Shown piece by piece: positions 1-9,194 of a DNA stretch of 64,000 bases. The position numbers and the translations under genes were made by a program. Under the pieces are notes generated by a model that made no database searches, had not been told where the DNA came from, and was given only the letters and a program-made list of their open reading frames with translations. Position 1 is the first letter of the stretch; each line of letters starts with the position of its first letter. This DNA comes from Oceanispirochaeta sp. (lineage in GTDB: Bacteria; Spirochaetota; Spirochaetia; DSM-2461): assembly GCA_963663385.2 (NCBI GenBank), contig CAXXXD010000003.1:1216001-1280000 (forward strand), read 5' to 3'.

Positions 1-1
1 G

Positions 2-280
2 GCAAAAGAAGCGGAACGGTTATCTCTTAACGGCGGGTACCTGGAAGGGCTTCTGTTTCTGAGGGATGCCATGACCGGGTTCCATATGGGCGCCGATCTC
101 TCTCATCTTATATCCGTTTATGAGCAAAACTATGCTGTATCAATACATAACACGGCTATCCCGTTCCTGAATTCCAGAGATTATGAAAAGGCGAAAGCCC
201 TGATAAGAGAAGGACTCAGTTATATACCTGACAATCCGATTCTCCAAAAAGATTTAGCAAATCTCGAATCCCGGGAATAA
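2..280 (+). CDS. C-terminal part of a TPR-like protein (5'-truncated by the window edge)
   Basis: The frame is open from base 2 to the TAA at 278-280. The end (HNTAIPFLNSRDYEKAKALIREGLSYIPDNPIL) has a TPR-like helix pattern. Confidence 0.5.
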   Translation, partial: AKEAERLSLNGGYLEGLLFLRDAMTGFHMGADLSHLISVYEQNYAVSIHNTAIPFLNSRDYEKAKALIREGLSYIPDNPILQKDLANLESRE

Positions 281-303
281 AGTCGAAAATAAAAATAATT
301 TCC

Positions 304-331
304 TAAAATTGCAGCCTCAGAATTCCGAAAA
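304..331 (+). promoter_or_regulatory. Sigma-28 (FliA)-type promoter for the flgN-flgK-flgL-fliW-csrA operon
   Basis: TAAA(304-307)-N16-TCCGAAAA(324-331), followed by SD AAGGAG and the ATG at 352. Confidence 0.6.
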
Positions 332-351
332 TATATAGAAGGAGTTTATTA

Positions 352-852
352 ATGTCTGCGGATTTATTGATCGAAAAGCTGATACAAATCTTGAAAAGGG
401 AACTTGCTCTGTTAAAAGGATATAATGCGGATTGTGAAAAACTCCATAAACTTATAGTGGCAAAAAACTGGATGGAACTGGAAAAAACACTATCCCTCCT
501 GAGGAATAAAGCAGAAATCCTGGCTGCAGAAGATAGTGAGCGGGAAATGGTAATAAATCTTCTCAAAGATGAAATGAAAATATCAGAACACAGTTCATTC
601 GGTTTGCTGCTCAGCCTTTTTCCGGCAGTAGAGAAAAGACTGACTAATGATCTGAAACGAGAAATACGCCATTCCGTTATGATGCTTAAAGGCAGAATAA
701 ACGGGATAGGAAAATATACAGAAAGCCAGACATCGGCTTTGAAAGATGTTCTTGATATTCTGATTCCCGATCAAAAGGGGAAAATTTATACTCGCAATGG
801 TTCAGCTTCTAATACCGGATCAAATCCAATGCTGTTCAGCAGGAATTTCTAG
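352..852 (+). CDS. flgN: Flagellar export chaperone FlgN
   Basis: 166-aa helical protein directly upstream of flgK, with a C-terminal 'IYTRNG' motif typical of FlgN. Confidence 0.8.
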   Translation: MSADLLIEKLIQILKRELALLKGYNADCEKLHKLIVAKNWMELEKTLSLLRNKAEILAAEDSEREMVINLLKDEMKISEHSSFGLLLSLFPAVEKRLTNDLKREIRHSVMMLKGRINGIGKYTESQTSALKDVLDILIPDQKGKIYTRNGSASNTGSNPMLFSRNF

Positions 853-872
853 AAGGTATAAAGGAAAAGGTT

Positions 873-2750
873 ATGGGATCAACATTCAGCGGCATTGAGT
901 TAGGGAAAAGGAGTCTTCAGGCTCATACACAGGGGTTGCAGACAATCGGACATAATATGAGTAACGCTGCAACAGAAGGGTACAGCAGACAGCGTGTGCG
1001 CTTATCTGCAACAGATCCGATATATATGCCTCAACTGAATAGGGAAGAGAGACCCGGGCAGATAGGGCAGGGTGTCGATGTCACTATGGTTGAACGGATA
1101 CGGGACACTCTTCTGGATAACAGGATACTGGCGCAGGGTGATGAAACAGGATATTGGGAGACTCGGGACCAGTATCTGCTTATGGTTGAACAGATATATA
1201 ATGAACCCTACGATACCTCTGTCAGAACTCTCATGGATAAATTCTGGGATGGTTGGCAGGAGTTATCCGTACATCCGGAAGATATGTCCTCCCGGCAGGC
1301 GGTTTTAAAGCGGAGCGAATCTCTTATCGATGGTATAAACAGCCGCTACACGCGTCTTAAAGAAACCCGTGTTATGCTGAATGACGATATAAAAGTATCT
1401 GTAGGTGAAGTAAATGGATTACTGAACGATATTTCCAGGCTGAATGAGCAAATAGAAAAGTCCCAGGCCCTCGGAGATAATCCTAATGATCTTCTTGATA
1501 AGAGAGATCTGCTTGTTGAAAAATTATCAGGATTTATGAATGTCACCGTAGATAACAGAGATCCTGATGAGTTTCTTATTCATACACAGGGGATGCATCT
1601 GATTCAGGGGAAACAGGTGAATCTTCTTAAAACAGAGCCGAATCCTCTGAATGAAGGTCATGTTGATGTCCTGTGGGGCGATACAAATGAACCTGTGGAA
1701 ATAAGAAACGGAAAACTGGCCGCCCTGCTGGAACTCCGGGATAATGATGTCCGGGGAGAAATTCAGAAACTCGATATGATGACAGTAAATTTTACGGATA
1801 TGGTAAATGAAGTACACCGATCTGCCTTTTCTGCAAACGGACAGACCGGTATGGATTTCTTTTCCGAGTATCCATTTGTTAATAATCTGGCCGGAAATTA
1901 CGATCTTAACGGAGATGGGGAGTACGACCACTCCTATGTTTTTCGTATTAACGGATACAACGAGATGGATCCTGAACAGCAGACGGGTCTCGAAGGAGTC
2001 ATTACTCTTTCCGGAGCCGGAGGGAACATCGAAATAAACTATCATCCGACTGACAGGGTCAGCGATATAGTGGACAGGATTAATAATGCCGGAGCAGAAG
2101 TAAAAGCGTTTATAGATAGAAGCGGGCATTTTGCCTTAAAGGCTACCCATTCATCAGATCTGAATAACCCTGATTTTGTTATACGTCATGTCGAAGATTC
2201 GGGGCAGTTTTTAAGTGGTTATACGGGAATCCTCAGCGGTTCAGGGCCGGAAAATGCCTATGACTGGAATCGGGCGGATGCAGTTGACGGATTAAGAGAA
2301 GGAGATGTCCGTTACAGTGTCGCTCCTCTGGCACATCCATCCGGATGGTTGAGAGTCAATCCTGCTCTCCAGGCAGATCCAACGGCGATTGCATCCGGTT
2401 TTGGAGACAATGAAAGAACCGCACTTCCCGGCGATGGAAGCGCCGCGCTGGAGATGGCTTCTCTGAGGCAAAAATCCGTCATGGTTGGTCAGGCTAATAC
2501 ATTTGATGATTATTTTGCCTCATCAGTGGCAGAAATCGGACTAAAAGGGGAAATAGCTCAACAGGCCAATGAGTCTCAGCAGCTAGTAATGAAAGATTTA
2601 AAAGATTTTCAATCCTCCATATCCGGCGTCAATATGGATGAAGAAATGGCCGAAATGATTAAATTCCAGCACGGCTATAATGCGGCGGCACGTTTTGTTA
2701 ATGAAATAAACCAGATGCTGGATACCATAATCAACAGGATGGGAGTGTAA
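873..2750 (+). CDS. flgK: Flagellar hook-associated protein 1
   Basis: N-terminal 'GHNMSNAATEGYSRQRV' and C-terminal 'SISGVNMDEEMAEMIKFQHGYNAAAR' motifs. Confidence 0.97.
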   Translation: MGSTFSGIELGKRSLQAHTQGLQTIGHNMSNAATEGYSRQRVRLSATDPIYMPQLNREERPGQIGQGVDVTMVERIRDTLLDNRILAQGDETGYWETRDQYLLMVEQIYNEPYDTSVRTLMDKFWDGWQELSVHPEDMSSRQAVLKRSESLIDGINSRYTRLKETRVMLNDDIKVSVGEVNGLLNDISRLNEQIEKSQALGDNPNDLLDKRDLLVEKLSGFMNVTVDNRDPDEFLIHTQGMHLIQGKQVNLLKTEPNPLNEGHVDVLWGDTNEPVEIRNGKLAALLELRDNDVRGEIQKLDMMTVNFTDMVNEVHRSAFSANGQTGMDFFSEYPFVNNLAGNYDLNGDGEYDHSYVFRINGYNEMDPEQQTGLEGVITLSGAGGNIEINYHPTDRVSDIVDRINNAGAEVKAFIDRSGHFALKATHSSDLNNPDFVIRHVEDSGQFLSGYTGILSGSGPENAYDWNRADAVDGLREGDVRYSVAPLAHPSGWLRVNPALQADPTAIASGFGDNERTALPGDGSAALEMASLRQKSVMVGQANTFDDYFASSVAEIGLKGEIAQQANESQQLVMKDLKDFQSSISGVNMDEEMAEMIKFQHGYNAAARFVNEINQMLDTIINRMGV

Positions 2751-2753
2751 TGT

Positions 2754-4001
2754 ATGAGACGAATAAGTTCAGGAATGCCTAATGCTGATATGCAGTATCA
2801 AATGCGTTTGCGTGATTTCAGGATGAATGAAATGCAAAGCAGCATAGGAAGCAGTCGCAGGTTGAATAATCTGAGGGACGATCCAATTGCTGCAGCACAC
2901 TCAACCAGGTACCAGTCTTATGTCACGCATCTGGATCGCTACGCAAGGAATATTGATTATGCCAAAGGTGAATATTCCCTTGCCGAAACATCTATGGATC
3001 AGTCTGTGCAGATAGTACAGCGTTTAAGAGAGCTTGCTGTACAGGGGAGTAACGGCACCTTTACGAAAGAAGATATGGGTTATATGGCTGCGGAAGCGAA
3101 TGAACTGCTGAACGAGCTTGTTTCCATCGGAAATGCAAGGAGTGCGGACGGCAGGGCGCTTTTCGGAGGGAATGATACCCTGGATGACCCATTTGTAGTA
3201 ATGAAGGGACGGGTCCCCGGGATGGAAGGTACCGCAATTACCTCTGTTAACTATACAGGTAATATTGTGGCCAATAAAACAGATATTTCCGAAAATGCTA
3301 CAATCGATTTGAATTTTAAAGGGAATTCAGTTTTCTGGGCGGAAAAACAGCAGATATTTGCCCAGAGGGACGCTCTGGAATATGTAGTCACGCAGGATTC
3401 AGAATTTAGCATTGACGGGACGAAAATAGCTCTGCAGACCGGAGACAATGTGCATTCGATCATTCAAAAGATAAATGACAGCGATATCGCAGTTAAGGCT
3501 TTTCTTGATCCGGTTACAAACAGCATGACCCTGGAGACGACCATTCCCCATCAGATATGGCTTGATGAAGCGCCGGATGACAGGGTGTTGAAGGATCTTG
3601 GAATCCTGGCGGAATCGGGAAGCAGACCCCCTGCGAATCTTCATAAGGATGTAGTTGTGGGCGGGGGATCTCTATATGATATGATAATTTCCCTCCGGGA
3701 TAGCCTGCTTGCAGGTGATAATGAATCTGTCGGCGGAAGGATTCTGGGAGGTCTGGATAAATCGCTTGGAACACTCCTTTACAATTTGTCGGATTTAGGG
3801 TCGAGGAGTGAAAGACTGGATCAAACCTATGCCCGTCTTGACAGTGAAAGATTAAATGTAATATCCATGAATGCAAAACTGACAGATGTTGACATGACAG
3901 AGGCCATTACGAATCTGAAGATGCTGGAATATACCCAAAAAGCCGCCTATCAATCGGCATCAAAAATACTTGATACAAAACTGATGGATTTTCTGAGGTA
4001 A
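2754..4001 (+). CDS. flgL: Flagellar hook-associated protein 3
   Basis: Flagellin-like termini ('RDDPIAA', 'DVDMTEAITNL', 'LMDFLR'); follows flgK. Confidence 0.95.
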   Translation: MRRISSGMPNADMQYQMRLRDFRMNEMQSSIGSSRRLNNLRDDPIAAAHSTRYQSYVTHLDRYARNIDYAKGEYSLAETSMDQSVQIVQRLRELAVQGSNGTFTKEDMGYMAAEANELLNELVSIGNARSADGRALFGGNDTLDDPFVVMKGRVPGMEGTAITSVNYTGNIVANKTDISENATIDLNFKGNSVFWAEKQQIFAQRDALEYVVTQDSEFSIDGTKIALQTGDNVHSIIQKINDSDIAVKAFLDPVTNSMTLETTIPHQIWLDEAPDDRVLKDLGILAESGSRPPANLHKDVVVGGGSLYDMIISLRDSLLAGDNESVGGRILGGLDKSLGTLLYNLSDLGSRSERLDQTYARLDSERLNVISMNAKLTDVDMTEAITNLKMLEYTQKAAYQSASKILDTKLMDFLR

Positions 4002-4004
4002 GAA

Positions 4005-4463
4005 ATGCAGGTAAAAACAAAAGCATACGGTGAAGTTGAAATTGATGAAAGACAGATTATACAACTTCCCACCGGTTTATTCGGGTTTGAAACCCTTCAT
4101 GATTATGTGTTAATGGATGCCAGGCAACAGCCATTTTACTGGCTTCAGTCTCTGGACGTTGAACAGGTAGCGTTCGTTCTTATTAAACCGACTGTTTTTA
4201 AACCGGGATATAAACCTGGTGTAATGAAGTCGGAACTGGAATCATTGAACCTTAAATCAGAGGATGACGATGATGCACTGGTATTCAGTATAGTCACGTT
4301 CCATGAAAAAGATCAGTCAATGACAGCAAATCTTCAGGGCCCTGTGATTATCAATAAAAGCAGCAGGATAGGAAAACAGTGTATTTCTATCGACTCCAAT
4401 TGGAAAACAAGGCATAATATTGCAGAAGAGTTAGCTTCGCAAAAGGATAGCCGTGTATGCTGA
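4005..4463 (+). CDS. fliW: Flagellar assembly factor / CsrA antagonist FliW
   Basis: 'GLFGFE', 'PFYWLQS' and '[12 protein letters not shown]' motifs; overlaps the csrA start. Confidence 0.95.
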   Translation: MQVKTKAYGEVEIDERQIIQLPTGLFGFETLHDYVLMDARQQPFYWLQSLDVEQVAFVLIKPTVFKPGYKPGVMKSELESLNLKSEDDDDALVFSIVTFHEKDQSMTANLQGPVIINKSSRIGKQCISIDSNWKTRHNIAEELASQKDSRVC

Positions 4464-4693
4464 TATTGTCCAGAAAAAAAGATGAGAGCATTGTAATAGG
4501 TGACAATATAACTATTTCTGTTGTAGATATTAAAGGTGATCAGGTTAAACTGGGTATTGATGCCCCGCATGATGTAAAGGTATTTCGTCAGGAAGTATAT
4601 AAAGCTATACAGGAAGAGAATAAAGCGGCTGCCAGTATATCAGCCATTCCGGATAATCTATCTCTTGAAAGTCTTATGAGAAAAAAGGATTAA
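4457..4693 (+). CDS. csrA: Carbon storage regulator CsrA
   Basis: '[18 protein letters not shown]...VKLGIDAP...VFRQEVY'. Its stop codon shares the TTAA at 4690-4693 with the stop of the convergent gene. Confidence 0.97.
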   Translation: MLILSRKKDESIVIGDNITISVVDIKGDQVKLGIDAPHDVKVFRQEVYKAIQEENKAAASISAIPDNLSLESLMRKKD

Positions 4694-5826
4694 TCTTTAG
4701 AAATATCAAAAATCTCCTCGAATTTTGCTTCATTAAATACAAAAGCATCAACAAGATTAGGGTCAAAGTGAGAACCCTTTCCTTTTAATATTAATTTCCG
4801 GGCCTCCTTGTGACTGAAATTCGCTTTATAGCTCCGTTTGGATCTTAAGGCGTCATAAACATCCGAAATTGCGACAATCCTAGCTGACAAAGGAATCATA
4901 TCTCCCATAATTCCATAGGGATACCCGCTTCCATCCCATTTTTCATGATGGGAAAGGGCTATTTCCTTAGCCATGGGATTAGGGTAGGTACTGAGAATAT
5001 AAGCCCCATTTTTTGTATGTTCATTCATAATCTCTCTTTCCCAGTCATCCAATGGCCCATCCTTATTAAGGATATCATCGGGAGTACCGATTTTCCCGAC
5101 ATCATGCATGGCTGCAAGAAAAGAAATATCTTCAATAAAGGCGTCATCTATTTCCGGATAGTAGGGATTTCCCTTCAATTTCTGACTTAAAAGACGTGAA
5201 TATTTATTTACACGTTCAATATGATCGCCTGTATCATTATCTTTGAGTTTTGAAGCTTCCAATAAACTCATAAAAGTACTTTGAAGCATATTTTTAAAAT
5301 CACTGGTAATGATATCCCAGCAGCATAAATAGATGACGGGGTTATCCTCAGAATTGTAGAAAAGGGGCCTGATCATAACATTGAGAAAGGTAGTAAAATT
5401 CTTATCTTCAACAGGATAGATCCGTCCCTTCCAGGTGTAGGACAGGTTCGGGTTTTCCAAAGCCGATTTCAGTTCATTACTTAATCTGAACCCGCTGTCA
5501 AGTTTAAATAACTCCGGTAAACAGTGATTTACAGGACTCTTCATAAATGTCAGGTTTTTGAGGAATTCCAGGTTTGTCCACTGTATATTCATGTCCAAAT
5601 CGATGAGACAGCTTGGTATTATGCTGTTCCTGTTTCTATTTATCCATTTTCTAAGATCTTCACGGTTAAGCAAATCATCCTGAATTCTATCTTCCAGATC
5701 AGTAAACAGTGACCAACAGTAAGCTCTGGTATCAGAAAATACTTCTTCATCAGAAATCTCAATCAGTTCTTCAATTTCTTCCGTTTCTCTGGAGTTATTA
5801 CTTATGACTTGAGGATCATCCGCCAT
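4690..5826 (-). CDS. HD-GYP cyclic-di-GMP phosphodiesterase with a PAS-like N-terminal region
   Basis: 'HDVGKIG', '[13 protein letters not shown]', 'DVYDAL' and 'HFDP' motifs. The ATG at 5826 (MADD), just after the tsaB stop, is preferred over the track start at 5835. Confidence 0.88.
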   Translation of the reverse strand: MADDPQVISNNSRETEEIEELIEISDEEVFSDTRAYCWSLFTDLEDRIQDDLLNREDLRKWINRNRNSIIPSCLIDLDMNIQWTNLEFLKNLTFMKSPVNHCLPELFKLDSGFRLSNELKSALENPNLSYTWKGRIYPVEDKNFTTFLNVMIRPLFYNSEDNPVIYLCCWDIITSDFKNMLQSTFMSLLEASKLKDNDTGDHIERVNKYSRLLSQKLKGNPYYPEIDDAFIEDISFLAAMHDVGKIGTPDDILNKDGPLDDWEREIMNEHTKNGAYILSTYPNPMAKEIALSHHEKWDGSGYPYGIMGDMIPLSARIVAISDVYDALRSKRSYKANFSHKEARKLILKGKGSHFDPNLVDAFVFNEAKFEEIFDISKD

Positions 5827-5827
5827 T

Positions 5828-6490
5828 TTACTCACCGAACATAGCTATTTCAGCTTCGCTCTTTCTTATATAAACAGGGCCGGAGTCAATGGAAAGAGGG
5901 CCGCGGGCCGCATAGGTTTTCAATCCCAATTCAAGGAGTTGTCTAGATTTTCCGGCAGATGCGTTGCCATCAAGGAATACACCTTCTCGACTACTGCTGT
6001 CTATCATAATGCAATCAGGACCTGTAAACAGAATATTCCTTTCATCTTTCAATAAACTAAGGAGATCATCGATGCTAATATCCAGGATCTCAGAAATTCG
6101 TGTACCCTTTTTATATATAGCACAATAAAAGCACTTTTTCTTGGCATCAATTAAAGGAACAACAACTCCCGGGAAATAATCGAACCCATAGGCAAGGTAA
6201 TCCGTTGTCGGTACAGCCGTATAGGGGATACTCAATGCTGCCGCCATCCCCTTAACAGTCGACATGGCTATTCGTAAACCTGTAAAAGATCCGGGTCCTT
6301 CGGAACAGATAAGTAGTTGAAGATCTTTTTTTTCCAATCCGGAAGTTACCAGTAGATGATCTATCTGTTTTAATAAATTCTCCGAATGTTTTAACCCGCA
6401 ATCCAGCGTCACTTCATAATAGGAAGATTCCGATTTGAGGCAGATACTTAACAGGCTAGCAGAGCTGTCAACAGCTAGAATATTTTTCAA
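5828..6490 (-). CDS. tsaB: tRNA t6A biosynthesis protein TsaB
   Basis: 'HSENLL', 'GPGSFTGLRI', 'IDAKK' and C-terminal 'PVYIRKSEAE' motifs. Confidence 0.95.
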   Translation of the reverse strand: MKNILAVDSSASLLSICLKSESSYYEVTLDCGLKHSENLLKQIDHLLVTSGLEKKDLQLLICSEGPGSFTGLRIAMSTVKGMAAALSIPYTAVPTTDYLAYGFDYFPGVVVPLIDAKKKCFYCAIYKKGTRISEILDISIDDLLSLLKDERNILFTGPDCIMIDSSSREGVFLDGNASAGKSRQLLELGLKTYAARGPLSIDSGPVYIRKSEAEIAMFGE

Positions 6491-6909
6491 ATGTCAATCC
6501 CCTCAACTTCTATTTTTCTGTTCAGATCAGACATAATGGTAATTCTGATAATTTTCTTATCTTCAGGGAGGTAATCCTCTATTCTTTCACTCCATTCAAT
6601 AACGGATATACCATTTCCAAAAAGTAAATCTTCGGCTCCAAGCATTTCAAACTCATCAATACTGTCAATTCTATATAAATCCATGTGATAGAGAGGGCAG
6701 GTTCCATAATATTCGGAGATCAAAGTATAGGTAGGGCTGGTTATCTCATCCGGAATATGAAGAGCCAGAGCTATCCCTTTGGTTAGAGAGGTTTTCCCGG
6801 CACCAAGATCTCCCTCCATACATACTATATCTCCCGGTTGAAGTTTTGCTCCGATTTTTTTTCCTGTATTGATCGTTTCTTCAAAACTTCCGCTTATCAA
6901 TTTGGTCAA
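6487..6909 (-). CDS. tsaE: tRNA t6A biosynthesis ATPase TsaE
   Basis: 'GDLGAGKT', 'SPTYTL', 'HMDLYR' and 'IEWSE' motifs; TTG start. Confidence 0.95.
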   Translation of the reverse strand: MTKLISGSFEETINTGKKIGAKLQPGDIVCMEGDLGAGKTSLTKGIALALHIPDEITSPTYTLISEYYGTCPLYHMDLYRIDSIDEFEMLGAEDLLFGNGISVIEWSERIEDYLPEDKKIIRITIMSDLNRKIEVEGIDI

Positions 6910-6912
6910 AGA

Positions 6913-7167
6913 TTATCCTTTTTTATCTATGGAACTAATCTTATTCTTCAATAATTTAAGAATAGGTAATAGAGGATAATCTATTGAATCGAGAAGTTCA
7001 ACGGTTACATCCCTTTCTCCTGTAGGTTTAATCTCTACGGTGGAATTAAAACGGATAGAGGCTTTCCTGTCAGCAATCAATGAAAATACAGCCGTACCTT
7101 CATAATGATTTCTATAATATATTAAAGTATCTTTTTTTTTCAGTTTTTCAATAGCAAGCAATTCCAT
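6913..7167 (-). CDS. Small conserved hypothetical protein
   Basis: 84-aa ORF with an AGGA SD, tightly spaced with tsaE. Confidence 0.7.
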   Translation of the reverse strand: MELLAIEKLKKKDTLIYYRNHYEGTAVFSLIADRKASIRFNSTVEIKPTGERDVTVELLDSIDYPLLPILKLLKNKISSIDKKG

Positions 7168-7197
7168 GAACTTTCCTAAATTAATTATTATTCAATT

Positions 7198-8301
7198 CTA
7201 TTCAAAATCGTATACATATTCATTAATTCTATTCAGATTTTTACTTGAAGCCCTGGTAAACATTATATGTACAGAAGTGTAAATGCGGGATTGTGTTCTT
7301 AAATCTACGATCTTACCATAAGTAATAACGGGATTTCCTTTTGTCGGTTCGAAACTTATTTTTATAAGTTCCCCTTTATTCAATGGTTTTGTTGTTTGAA
7401 TAGCGCATCCTCCAGCAGAAAGATCGATCATGGTGCCCATTCGTCCCTGATTCTTTAATACGACAGCTTCCTTCTTTTCTCTTTTCCCGGATCCGCTGAT
7501 TTTAATTTGAATAGGGAAAAAATAGCAGGGCCTTTTGATTGATTTTCTTCTGAATTTCCTCTGATAAGAGCGGCTTATTTTATTGGAATGCTGCAGGAAA
7601 ACACTGGTAATCCCTTTTACTGAGTTATAGCCAAGAACTTTTGTAGTAAAAGAGTATTCTTCTCCGTCACTGCCCCATATCAATACATCAATCCGTGACC
7701 CTTTATTCCACCGTATTTCTGTTCCATTTTTATTCAAGGGAATACGGGCACAGTAAAATTCCTTTAAATTGGCTGTTACTACTGAAGAATAACGATTTCC
7801 ATTAGGCATCTTAAAAGTTACAGGTTGACTGAGTTTTAGCTTTTTCGTGTTCGATAAATCATTTGATTCTGCATATACCCTTTCAATTCGTTGTTTTATT
7901 CTATAGATATTTAATTTCCGTTCTTCAACAATTGAGGGAGGAGCTTCCATATGACTAATGTCCCTCAAAGCCTGCCCCAGTGTATTATTCAATGTCCGGG
8001 TATTGCTTAGAAGGGCAAATGGCTTTGTAACATGATAAATTTTAACAAAACTTTCAAGAAGTTGTGTTTGCTTTTTGTTCAGACCGATTCTGGTTGCTTC
8101 CCGCCTGAAAGCCCGTTTACTGTATTTTTTAGAACTGTTCTGTGTACTACCGCTTAACTTGTTTCCGATAATCAAAAGCAGCATTGTTCCAAACATTACC
8201 CCGAGAAAAATAAAATTCTGCTTTGGATCAGAAGGAGTAAATAACTGACCTTTAAAACGAGATGTTGTTTGTAATAACGTTACTAACGGCATACTAATCA
8301 C
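7198..8301 (-). CDS. Membrane-anchored YcgR-like PilZ-domain protein (candidate flagellar brake)
   Basis: N-terminal TM segment; PilZ motifs 'QRKFRR' (RxxxR) and 'DLSAGG' (DxSxGG). The start could be 8292. Confidence 0.85.
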   Translation of the reverse strand: MISMPLVTLLQTTSRFKGQLFTPSDPKQNFIFLGVMFGTMLLLIIGNKLSGSTQNSSKKYSKRAFRREATRIGLNKKQTQLLESFVKIYHVTKPFALLSNTRTLNNTLGQALRDISHMEAPPSIVEERKLNIYRIKQRIERVYAESNDLSNTKKLKLSQPVTFKMPNGNRYSSVVTANLKEFYCARIPLNKNGTEIRWNKGSRIDVLIWGSDGEEYSFTTKVLGYNSVKGITSVFLQHSNKISRSYQRKFRRKSIKRPCYFFPIQIKISGSGKREKKEAVVLKNQGRMGTMIDLSAGGCAIQTTKPLNKGELIKISFEPTKGNPVITYGKIVDLRTQSRIYTSVHIMFTRASSKNLNRINEYVYDFE

Positions 8302-9184
8302 CCTTATTGATTATTTGATCAAAAAAACGGGGGAAATTTTCCATCCTCGGCATAATTTCATATTCCATTAAGTCTCCCATAAGAACGGAATCCTCAGAAG
8401 AAAATGCGTCCGCCAACTCTTTTAGAATGCCAGACATTTCCTTTATAAAAGCTTTTAGTGACTCTTCATGACCGGCTACATCATCATGCGGGATATTGGT
8501 ATAGATCCTCAGGAGTTTTTGAAAAAGTTCGGAAAAGTGAATTATAATCTCCATTGCTTCCTTATCTTTACCTGTTTGCAGCATTAAAGATATTTCCTCC
8601 ATGGCAGGCAATAAGGATTGAATGGAATCGTACGTATCTTTTGCCGCTTTAAAGGGTACCGTCAGTTCTTCAAGGCGCCCCTGGATCACAGCATCCAGCA
8701 TGATGAAACTTTCAAGAACAGCAATTACATTGCTTTCCGTTCTTTCTCCTTCCGGGATAAAACCGTTAACCTCCAGAATATTCCTCATATGATTCTTTAT
8801 TGTATGATTCTTGTCATCAAGGAGTAGTTCATAACTGCTCTCGATATACTGATATTCCGATAATAGCTCATTTAAAACAGAAAGATTCCCTTCCTTCAAG
8901 GCCGTCTGAAACATCTTTGAAAAGGTTAGTATTGTCTCAATATTCTGTGCCTTCAATTCCAATACAGTTAATGCTGTAAAATATATCGTCTCAGAACCAC
9001 TGAATGGCTGATTTGACCACTCATCTTTTTTGTTGAGAAAAAGCTCTTTATCATCAAGTGTCATCTCTGAAATAGAAAATCCCTGAGGAGCTAACCATTT
9101 TTCAATGGATTCGTAAATATCTCCGAGATTTTTTTCATTTTCAAAAGTAAAATCAATTTCATCCTGATTGATAAAAATATTCAA
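8294..9184 (-). CDS. Hypothetical helical protein in the fliD operon
   Basis: TTG start with an AAGGAG SD; acidic, helical; C-terminal 'DSVLMGDLMEYEI' motif. Confidence 0.75.
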   Translation of the reverse strand: MNIFINQDEIDFTFENEKNLGDIYESIEKWLAPQGFSISEMTLDDKELFLNKKDEWSNQPFSGSETIYFTALTVLELKAQNIETILTFSKMFQTALKEGNLSVLNELLSEYQYIESSYELLLDDKNHTIKNHMRNILEVNGFIPEGERTESNVIAVLESFIMLDAVIQGRLEELTVPFKAAKDTYDSIQSLLPAMEEISLMLQTGKDKEAMEIIIHFSELFQKLLRIYTNIPHDDVAGHEESLKAFIKEMSGILKELADAFSSEDSVLMGDLMEYEIMPRMENFPRFFDQIINKGD

Positions 9185-9194
9185 TTAATTCTCC

